A DNA stretch of 64,000 nt from Spirogloea muscicola. Its lineage: Eukaryota. Location of the stretch: assembly GCA_009602725.1 (NCBI GenBank), contig WELB01000012.1:866619-930618 (forward strand), written 5' to 3'. The notes under the pieces were generated by a model that saw only the letters and a program-made list of their open reading frames with translations, was not told where the DNA came from and made no database searches. Shown one piece after another: positions 31,389-42,022 of this stretch; positions within the stretch are counted from its first letter, which is position 1; every line of letters begins with the position of its first letter. A program made the position numbers and the translations under genes.

Positions 31389-33769
31389 GGGAATTTCCGC
31401 CTCAGCGTCACTCAGCTGCATGCACGTGAGTCTTTGGCTGTCTGTTGATGCAGCCTGTCAAAGAATGTACATCTCGGGCACAGATAGATTTGCAAGAGGG
31501 AGTAGCATGACCGTGCGCCGCTTGAAGCCGTGTATTGGCTTGAAGTGGCCACACTTTCATTCCATGCGCACAGCGCGCCTTCTCTCCTGCAGCGTCTTTG
31601 GCTCACGCCTTGCGTCTGCGTGAGGCCGTGCCCTGGCTGTACCTCCGGCTATTGGCAGGGGGACTGCGTTCTGACTTTGTACATTCTTTTGGGCTGGCCT
31701 CTCACAGCCACCCAGTCAATTCAGAAGCGCTGTTCTTTCCGGCTCACAGCCACTGCTGTCAATTTGGAAGCGCTGTTTCCGGCTGCTGGCTAGGGATTAG
31801 GAGCGGCCATCCTTCTTCATTCCTTTGTTTCCTGCAAGGTCCAAAGGGCCGAAAGGCGCCAGGACCACACAGCTATGCAAGACTACAGCGAATGGGAGCT
31901 ATAGCATCTGATTTCGTCGTGCACCGCTGCCTCTTCGTGTCTGCGGTGGCTCGGAATGGGCTGGTCCATCGCAGCCCACCACCCCTTTGGCTGTTTAGGT
32001 CCTGTTTAGGTCCTCGTTTCCACACTCTCCTTCAGAATAATGCCAATCTAGGCTATGCACGACGTGCAGATGTGTTTCCGGCGGAGATGGGCTTGCCAGC
32101 TGCATATCTGTCGTTCATGTGACGACGAGTTTCGGCCTGTTCGCACCGTGCTCAGGCTAATGCTTTGCACCAGAAAGCTGGGCGAGCTCGAGTTGGTGGC
32201 AGAAGGGCTTCGTATCTGCCATGAGTATTCAGGCACCGGTTAGCCACCTTCATGTTTTGACCCGTAGTTACTGAGCGGGTCAATCTATTGTAGGTTATGT
32301 AGGTCTTAAGATGTGCTTGCCTCTGTACTTGGCCATTTTGCCTTCATTCGTTTCAAATACACGAAAATACACGAAAATTTCCCCATCTAGAAGAGCTTCA
32401 TTTTCTGATATTCCACCACCCTGCAACGCAGTAGGGGAAGCCACAAAGATATAAAGGCTTCTGGAATATCTGTCCACGCATTGGTGCATCAGATTTAATT
32501 AAGGACAACCCCTATTCAGCGATTTCAATGGGGTCAGGTTGTGCAGTGCTTGTTGAATGAGCTGCTACCCAAGCTGCTTCACAGTTGACCACGAACAGCA
32601 ACTTGGCAGAGATGGTACCAGTACAGAGAAAGCCGTCATGCTCCTGTATTTTCTGGTCAAAATTATGATATTTTCAGGCTCCACGACAAGGAAGTGACCT
32701 GTAGCAACACTAGAAATGGCATTGGGCAAAAGCACGCACGTGAATCGTGTTCGAGGCTGTGGCTCTTACATTTGTTTGTGCTGTTTCTCAGCGTTCACAT
32801 TGTCTCGTTGAAATCGAGTTTGTCTCTCAAGTAAGGGCGACAAGGAGGGCGTCAAACCTCTCCTCTAAGCCAGTAACTCTGGAGACTACATCAGCGGCAG
32901 CATTGCCGCTGCCAACACCCGCATCTAGTACATCACCCCATAATTTTCCCCTCACATTCAGGGCGCCGCCGCCGCCAGGAGTGCCGGTGGAGTTGAATGC
33001 CAGGCTCGCAGCCGGCTGTTGGTGGAAGACAATTTGCTGCAGGATCTTACTTTGCGCCTTAAGCTGCAACAGCATCTATTGCGGCAAACCACAAGCAGAC
33101 AGGACAGCCCTCAGATGGGTCAGCCGCCCAACCTGAACAATAGATAAGTGCATAGGCAACTGCTCGAGCGGACAGCTTGATACAGCTGGCCAAGAACTGA
33201 AATTCTTTGCAATGTCACGCCTGGCTTTTGTACCTCATGCTGCTCGTGCAGCTGGCGCTGCATCTCCATTTGAATCTGCATCGCTTCCCTGGTGTGAAGT
33301 GTACACTGCCCGCAGCTGGCAGGGCCACAACACCAGAGGTGCAGACACAGTCCAGGTGAGGCTGTGGCGGCAAGGCATCAACACAAGCGTGGAGAGGGCC
33401 GAGAAAGCATCGGCAGCAAGCAGCAATCTCACTCAAAACTGCTGCTGCAGTTTTGACAGCCCCGGAAGCATTAATTTGACTGTGACAAAGACACTTGCTG
33501 TCAACATGATATGTAGTGCTTAGCGGAACTTGAAGAGCAACCTATGAGAGGGGTGGTCGCGTCCCTTGCGGGGACAGCTGCTGACCCTCGGTCGAGTCGC
33601 CGCCTTCCGGCGGTGCCTCAGGGTAAGACTTCCGCTGCGCTATGTGCGCGTACGCGTGCGCTGTGTGCGCTGGCTTTCCACTCTGTAAAGGGGATGTCTC
33701 CAAAACACCCTCTGTCCGAAACGCAAACAGGACGTTCTGACCCTAATTGTGTGATTAGGGACAGGGACG

Positions 33770-36600
33770 TTACAAAGGGTGGCTCCTACAAGGGGGCCGT
33801 GACTGCCAAGCCCGAGACACATTCTACTTTGTTGGGCCACAAAGGGTCTAGCGAGGACGAGGAAGCCTACTCTATAAAAGGGTCAGCCCCTTGTTGGCGG
33901 GCTCGATACCGCTCGTCGAAATTTGATCCCCTGGGTCTCAAAGTGCTTGACTGCGTGCAACACCTCTGTGTGTCTGAGCCCTGAGCTTTTCAAAACCTAC
34001 ATCAGCCGCGCCATGCTTGCACGTTGTGTCCTTCGGCACCAACCTCTTCGCAGCAACATTCTGTGGACAATCAAGTGCCTCAACTGCGACAGGCCAAGCG
34101 CAGCAATACTTGGGTACATGAGGTGAAAGATTCGCAGTGTATGGCCTGCAGATTGCGCACTACCTATGGGACCTTCTTACCGCCTCGTCGAGCGGCATTG
34201 CAACCTTACGCATGCTGAAGGAAAGCAAGCAGCTTGGTGCAGCAGTGGAAGCAAGAGCACAATGTGCTACTTTGTGCTACTCGGCGTGCTTGCTCTGAGG
34301 CACAGAGCAGTGTCCTGGCACGTTTGTGGTGCAGGCGGCTGGCCAGCAACTGAGACGCTGGAAGATGAGGAATTGTTAGCTTCCTGGATGGACGATGGTT
34401 GCGTGCGTGCGTGCTTGGAGAATTTAGCTGTTCCGTGTGCCAAAAAGCCGCCGGAGAAGACGAGGGGCCTAAGCCTCTCGAGCAGAGATGTAAAATACAT
34501 CAACGACGGCTCAAAGAAACAAAACCCCGAGAGGACAGAAGCATCAAGCTGGCTTCTAGCAGGATCAGGATGAGAACGGCCTTCTGTGGCATCGACGACG
34601 GCTGCTGCATCCCAGCAATGGATCAGCCTTGGCCTGCTGCTCTGCACTCCGCTCTGTCGAGCAGGTCAACAAAGTTCTTGGCCCCGTCGGGTGCGTCGCC
34701 TCCTCTGCAGGCGTCTGCAGCTTAGAGAGCACACACAGCTTGCGAAGCTCTGTGCGTCCGGTTGCCTTGCATTTGAGAGCCTCTCGAAAGCAGTGACGCC
34801 TTTGGGCACTGGACCACCACTGGATAGACTTTCAGAGCTATCCAGAACAGATGAGGGTGGTGAAGTGTGGCCATCTGCAGGGACCTGGCAATGATAAGCT
34901 TATTGGGAATGGGGAGTAACTGGGCTGCAGCCTGACAATCGGCGCCGTGCGGCGAAAGGTCCTTGATAGCAAGTCGATGGAGAGCGATGAGGGGTTGTTG
35001 CTTGCAACAGACCCCTATCGTCCCCCATCGCCTTGCAACGAAGGACCTTTTGCCGCACGGCGCCAACTGTCAGGCCGCAGCCCAAGCACTCTTTCCACAT
35101 TGCTGTCAAGGCCCCTTCAGACGGCTACTCTTGACCACCCTCGTGTTGTCTAGACAGTATAGATCGAATTCTGATCTATACTCAGTGGTGCGGTGCCCGG
35201 AGCCGTCAGCCACAAGTCTCTTGAGGCTCTAAGTGCAAGGCAACTGAATGCAAGTAGGTTCACATGCTATGTGCTCTCTAACCTGCAGACACCTGCAAAG
35301 GAAGGCGACGCACCACAGCGGGGCCAAGAACCTCGTTGACGTGCTCAACAAGTCCAACTGCAGAACAGCAGGCCGAGGCCGTTCCGTAGCTGGACTGCAG
35401 CTGCTGCCGCTGTCAATGCGGCAGAAGGCCGAGGTCAGCCTGATCCTGCAAGATGCCAGCTTGATGCTTCTAACCTCTCGGATGTATATTTCTGTGAGCC
35501 GCCGTTGATGTGTTTAACATCCTGCTCGACAGGCTCAGGCCCCTCGTCCACTCTGGCGGCTCCCTGGCACATGTAAAAGCTGCTTGTATAAAGCAGGCAC
35601 GCAAACATCGTCATCCATGCTGGCCACTGCACCCAAGCTTTTCGTGCTTCTCCCCTTTGGCAATGCCTGAGTGCCGGTCCTGCGTGTGCTGGTGCAAAGT
35701 CACTGTTCATCTTACGGCCCGTGTCATCGTCGGGTCGATCTGACAAGGTGTTCCCTGCACACCTGAGCAGGACCATAAAAAAGCTGACAACCGCTCACCT
35801 TCCAGCGTTTCAGCTGCTGGCCAGCCGCCTGCACCACGCACGTGCCAGGTCAGTGCTCGGTGCCTCAGAGCAAACACACCGAGCAGCACAAATTAGCACC
35901 TTGTGGTCTTACTTCGACTGCTGCACCAAGCTGCTTACTTTCCTGACATGCGTAAGCTGTCCTGTCAGTGTGCCACTTGACGAGGCCGGTGAGGACGTCT
36001 CATAGGTACTGTGCACTGCAGGCCACACACTGCGGGCGCTTCACCTCATGCACATGCGGCTAACCTGTTTTCGGCCGGTCGCAGTTGAGCCTTTTGCTTG
36101 CCCACAAAACGCTGCTGTCAGGAGGCTGGTGCCGTACTGCACACTGTTCGAGCACCTGAAATGCGAGGCTGCCAGCACCACAATCGGCAGGGCATGAGGC
36201 CCGCAAGCGGCGAGTGCACACTGCAAGGTGGAGCTTGCTTGCTGCAAGGCCAACACGCTTGCCTGAAAGGCGCCGTCCGCAGCGCAAGCAATTGGTCTGC
36301 GGGCGCGGCCGCCGCGGCCGGGCGTGCTGCATGGCCGTGCCTCGCGAGCGTGGCCGCCATGCACCGCGGCAGGAGTGCAGGGGGGCTGCGCAGGGTGTGG
36401 CTCCGCGACGCGGCATGGGCCGCGGCGGTGGCGACCAGGGCCCGGAGCACAGAGCTCCGCGGAGGCGCGGCGGCGGCGGGGGCAGGATGAGGCCGCGCGG
36501 AGGCGGTGGCGGCGAGCCATCGCGGCGCGCAGGGCGGCGGCGGCCATGGCGGAGGCGCGGCGGCGGCGGCGGCGAGGGGAGGAGTGCCTGGGCGAGAGAA
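33770..36600. repeat. Block 3: ~2.2 kb foldback (U>Y><X X><Y<A), centred at 35,002; inverted relative of block 1
   Basis: Central TGTTGC-TT-GCAACA (34996-35009). Arms pair 34560-34980 with 35020-35460, and 34020-34380 with 35800-36150. 36120-36400 is the reverse complement of ~23,420-23,680. Confidence 0.85.
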
Positions 36601-37399
36601 CGAGCCCAGGGGAGGCGCCATGCCCGAGGTCGAGTGGGGGGGCCAATCTTCTACGCGGGCCGGTTGCCGTCTCTTACCCCAGGCCCCCTCTTAGCATATA
36701 TACATATATATTTGATTTCTTACTCAAGGCCCCTCTTAGCGTATGGCTTCGGCTTATGTAGCCCACATTCCTCACTAGCTTTAGCTTTGGTTTTGCCTGA
36801 ACAGCGTAATGGCTATAAGTGGCCTGCCTCTCGTTTTCCTGCGCACGGCGCGCCGTGCCGCCCAGTCCACCCAGGGCGCGCGACATTAGCCCACGATTTT
36901 GATTCGTGGCCTCGCCCAGCGTCGTTATTAAGCCACCCCGCGCCTAAATTAGCCGCCCCGCTGCCCGCCATCCCGCAGGCAGGCTGTCGACAAATGATTC
37001 AAGACGCTGGCCACCGGTGGGCGTGGCACCGGCACCTCCGCCCGGGCAGTGGACACCGCTGCTGTGTCGCGCTATGTCCAATTGTCTGCATGCCTGTATT
37101 CAGGCCGCTCTCAGATCCTGGCAGTCTGCCAAAAGCCTTCCAGGGAAGTCGGCACCAGTTCGTGAGTCCCTTTGCGCAGCGAGACAAGCCGCTTTCAGCT
37201 GGTCCGTGAATTTGCAGAACGGTCGTTGAGAAGCAATGGTGGCAGTGTCAATAGCAGAACGATGAGCAACAATACACATCCACAACGTCTTTCACACCTC
37301 CACGCTGCTTACTGAGCAATTCAACCATTCAATATACGTATACATTTGTATATACATATATATATTGTGCAGCATATCCCGGTCAACTCGTGTAACTTT

Positions 37400-39742
37400 T
37401 TGAGGCATGCAACGTGTATCAACAGCCTGAGGCATGCAAAAGGTTGCGGCCAGTCGTCATCTCCGCAGCCAAGAGGCCGGAGCTCAGCTGAGGGTGGCTC
37501 CTACAAGGGGCTGTAACTGATAAGTCCGAACTACAGTATAATCTGTTGAGCAAAAAGGGTCTAGCAAGGACGAGGAGGCCTACGCTACAAACGGGTCAGG
37601 GCCTTGGCAGCGGGCTCGATAGCCGCTCGTTTGATCATCCCCTGATTTTCAACGTGCTTGAGTGCACGCATATATATTCTGTCTAAGCCTCGAGCTTTCG
37701 AGTCTTTTTACCAGCCGCGCCAACGTATTCGACTGGGCACCAGCCTCTCAGCACCAGCTCTTGCTGGGCAAGCAAGTGAATCAACTGCGACAACCAAGCA
37801 CAGCTTTCGCATTAGGTGCATGAGGTGGAAGGTTCGCAGGGTAAGGCTGCAGATTAAACACTACCTATGGGACGTCTTTACCGCCTCGACAAGCGGCACA
37901 ATAACTAGGACAGCTCAGGCATGCTGTACATAGTAAGCAGCTTGGTGCAGCAGTGGAAGCAGACCACAAGGTGCTACTTTGTGCTGCTCGGCGTCTTTGC
38001 TCGAGTCACAAAGAACTGACCTGACACGAAGATGGTGCTGGCGGCTGGCCAGCACCTGGAATGCTGGTAACTTGGGACTGGTCAGCTTCTTTGTTGACCT
38101 GCCCAGATGTGCAGCGAAACCTTGTTAGCTCGAGCTGACAATAAGACAAGCGGTGCAAGGCAGCAGTGAACTATGCACCAGCACACGCAGGACCTGCATT
38201 GTTCTTTGAGAATTTGCCATGCCAGCGAAGCACGAGAAAGCCTGGGTGCAGTAGCCAGCATGAATGCACGCTATGCAGCTGAGTCGAGTGCCTCACCGGT
38301 GTGGTTGAAATACGCGCCGGAAGGATGGCATGGGCAGCGGCTTGTGGATTAGACTCCTCCGCATTTCAGCTATTTCCCGAGCTTCCTCCTTCCGCTTTTC
38401 CACCTGGGCTTTTGTTGCTGCCAGCTTAGAAAAGCGGCGGAGCTGAGCAACCTGCGCAGTCAGGGTGCTTTGCAGCAGTCAGTGGATGCTCGGCACCATC
38501 CGCCAGGTCACTAGCATTTCAGCCCTGGCAAAGCTCGTCTCTTCCGGTCGCCTTATGCGAGGGGAGACAGGAGAATGCTGCTTAACCTTGGTTGAGCAGG
38601 CTGGTTTGGCGCTAAGCTTGTTTACCTCGTCGTGTTCAAACTTTTTGCGTTGGGCGCGTGCAGCGCTAGCCAAGAGTGTAGGGCACCGTATGGCAGATGG
38701 TCTTGGCGCGAGCCTTTTGCGCGACTGTAGCAAAGACACCGGCACACTCGGGCATTTTGGTAAGTGTGCCAGATAGACGCAGGAAAAGATGGGGGGCCTG
38801 AGCCTGCCGGGCAGGACTATGAAACACATCAGCATTTGTTTACCCAAACAAAAGGGAGAAGTCGACGCATCAAGCATCCTGGCATCTTGCAGGATCAGGC
38901 TGACCTCGGCCTTGTGCGGCATCTTAGTCGGGAGTTCTCGGGCGGCAGCCTGACACCTGGCCTCGAGCGGCAGAAAGTCCTCAATCGCAGGGCGAGGGGG
39001 GGCGATCGGGGGCTGTTGCACCATCTTGGCCCCAGGAGGATGAGCGCCGGCGAGCCTGTCGGCCTCGGGCCGGGTCGGGCGGAGAATGGCGGTCGCCCTG
39101 GCCAAGATTTTGGACACCTGTACAATGCAGTAGCGCAGGCCGTCAGGCACAACTGGTCACCCGATGTCGTCGGCGGCGACACGGCGAGCGTGGCGGCACG
39201 TCAGCAGGCAAGCCCCTGCGAGGCTGCCCGCGTCAGAGTCGGGAGGGCAAGAGGCCCGCAACGGCGCGCAGGGCCGGCTGCAAGGCACAGGCACATGACG
39301 GCAAGGAGAAGGGAGCCGGGGCTTGCCCGGGCGGGGGCCTGGCGGAGCGCAAGCGGCCAGTCCTTGGGCGCGGCCTCCGCGGGCAAGCGTGCTGCCATGG
39401 CCGTGCTGGCGAACGTGGCCGCCATGTACCGCGGCACCGGCGGCTTGCGCGTGGATACGGCGGCGACGCTACCGGGGCTGGCGACCAGGGCCGGCTGCGG
39501 AGAGCTTGTCGAAGGCGTTGCGGCAAGGGGGGCGGGAGCAGGCCGCTTAGCGGCGGCGGCTGCGGAAATGTGGCGCGCCTTGAGCAGCAGGAGGCCCAGG
39601 CCGGACAGCGGTGAGCAGGGGCTGGGCAGCGGCGGCAGGCCGGCGGCGGCGGCGCGTGGAGAGAGGCGCGCGGAGAGGCGGCCCGCGGGCAGCTGCAGCG
39701 GCGCCAGCGCGNGCCAGCAAAAAAAAACAGCGCGGCGCGCAG

Positions 39743-39785
<43 letters not shown>

Positions 39786-41430
39786 TTGGGGAGGGGGGCG
39801 GGGACCGGGGCGCGGTGGACGGCGAGGGGGGCTTGCGGCGAGAGGGCTGGAGTGGCGGCTGGTGGCGGTCTCCCCTGGCCTTTGTACTCGCCCGCTCCGG
39901 CCCCGGTCGCTCAGTGCACGCTCCTGCCCCTCCTCCACGCGGCCCGACCGGACAGCAGCCCGGCCAGCGGCCCCGCCAAGGTCAAACCCACGGCATCTTG
40001 ACCCCACGACTCTCATGCGCTCTCCTCCCCCCCGCCAGCCCTGCTCGGCGGCTCCGCCCAAGGTCAAAACCCCGGGCCCTTGGCTCCCGGGATCAACGGG
40101 TCTCCCGCGCCTTCCTCTTCCCGCCAGCCCGCGCGCGCGGGTAAGCCACTGGCTCTGCGGCTCCCGCGCGTGGGCCCGCCACGGCACCTCCACTCACCGC
40201 CCGGTCAGCGGCCCGCCATGGTCAAAGCCCACGGCATCTTGGCCCCTGGGGCCCAGACGAATCTCCCGCGCTCTCCTCCCCCCGCCAGCCCCTGCGCGTG
40301 GGGCCGCCGAGCCGGCTCGGCGGCCCCTGCGCGCGGCCCCCGCCACGCAGGCTGTCCACCTCGGCTCACCACCGTTGCCACCTGGCATGCCCTGCTCCTC
40401 AGCCTTCTTCGGCTCAGCAAGGACCTCCGCCTCTCATCTTGAGGTCCAGTGTTAAGTGTGGACACGGACATTCCCACTCCTAGGCTTTGCCACTCACAGC
40501 CTCCCCTCCTGGATGCAGCCCACAAATTTCTGCCGAGGGCCCCTGGACGCTGAGGAGGTGGGACTTGGTTGCTCGGACTACTCCAGGAGTTTGCTCGGCA
40601 AGCAGAACCCAACGTCACGGGCAACACAGCGAGCAGTCCGTTGCTGGGTCGCTCGCTCAGGCGTGCTGAAGGCGCCCTTCCATTCTGCTACAACGCCCCC
40701 AGGCGTTCGCCGACAGCGTTACTGTAAGCCGCAAATTTTACTCAGTGCCTCCTCCGCATGAGGGCACTGCATCCATGCACTCCCGTGCCTGTCTTTTACG
40801 GCAATACGGTCCTGCATGCCTGCGGTGGCGCACATTGAGCTACCGCTGCAATTGCACAGCCTGTGTCACCATTCCGTCGAGCTGACAAGTTGCTCCTGCG
40901 CTCTTTAGCAGGTCCGTGAAGGGAACTCCCGATCAAATGCCAGCATTCCAGCCGCTAGCACGCCACACGCGTGCCAGGTCAGACTTCCAAGTCCCGAGCA
41001 AACTCGCCGAGCAGCAAGCAGCAGCACCTTACAGCCTTGCTTCAGTGCTGCACCGTGCTGCCTATAGCCTCAGCAAGCGCAAGCAGTCCTGGGGTCCGCT
41101 GTGCTCGTTTGCATAGCCGTGTGACATTAGCGCCTCTCGGCCCTTTGACCCTTGTCCATTCTTTCTGGGGTGGCTTTTCCCACAGCCATTGCCCCCTTTG
41201 GAAGAGCTTACTTCTTCTCCCGTCCCTTCTTCTGGGGTGGGCCTTGGAGCGACCCCCTGGAAAAAAACCCCCTGGAGGGAGGTACTGGAGTACCACATGT
41301 GATGGGCTGAGATCAGAATCAGGGAGACGAGCTCGGACCGGTGAGGCCCGTAGAGAGGCACAGCCCTGCTGCTGCCTGCTGCCGCAGCCCGGCGCCGCAG
41401 CCCTGCTGCTGCCTGCTGCTGCAGCCAGTC
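37400..41430. repeat. Block 4: right arm of the long-range inverted duplication of block 2, plus a U module
   Basis: Reverse-complement similarity to 25540-29165. 37490-37640 is a direct copy of 33778-33930 and an inverted copy of 24840-24990. Confidence 0.88.
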
Positions 41431-42022
41431 ACCGCAGCCCGTCAGTGCATCGCCGGCTTTCTGTTAGTAACCCACGGCGGCTACCGTGGGGTGACAGTTG
41501 CTGGCTTCTGCCCAGGAAGTGCAGTCGCCGCCTGTTGGCGGCGCCTCAGAGCAAGGCATTTTGTTTGTAGAAGCAAAAATGGCGTGAGCCGTTTGGTGGC
41601 GCATCTGGACTCATAGGTGGCGCTGTATGACAAGGCTGTCTAGATGGGTGATTTTTATGTGTTAGCTCCTTGGTTGCCTGCTGATTTGCAGCAACGAGCA
41701 CAGCAGGTCCTCATGCTGTGCTGGTGCTTGTTATGCACGCTGGCAGCCTCTTGCCAAAGACGTTCGTTGGTGTGTGTGCCTGACTGTGCTGAACTCGAAG
41801 ATGCTCTGCCGCTGTGAATTCGACCGGCTCTGAGACTGGTCAGCTTCTCTGTCACCACTGTAAGGTCGGGTGCTTGAGAGCTGCTTCATTGCTCCTTGAC
41901 AGGTGCTTCTACGGCAAGTCTGCGAGCACTAATGAAAAAGGCAGAATCTGATGGTAACTCTCTGCTAATGACGCCTCTCTTCCATCTGCCTCCGCTCGCT
42001 TTGAAGCAATAGTGATCAACAC

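Noticed and set aside
39745..39783. (GGC)n/(CCG)n microsatellites, also at 6930-6960, 18331-18358 and 56145-56170
   Set aside because: Ordinary GC-rich 5'-region microsatellites in this genome.
38764..40455. 563 aa ORF and other long Arg/Pro/Ala/Gly-rich ORFs in 22.6-27.8, 36.0-37.2 and 39.2-40.6 kb
   Set aside because: Extremely GC-rich sequence is open in several frames on both strands at once, spans Ns, and shows no domain motifs. These are composition artefacts rather than credible proteins.
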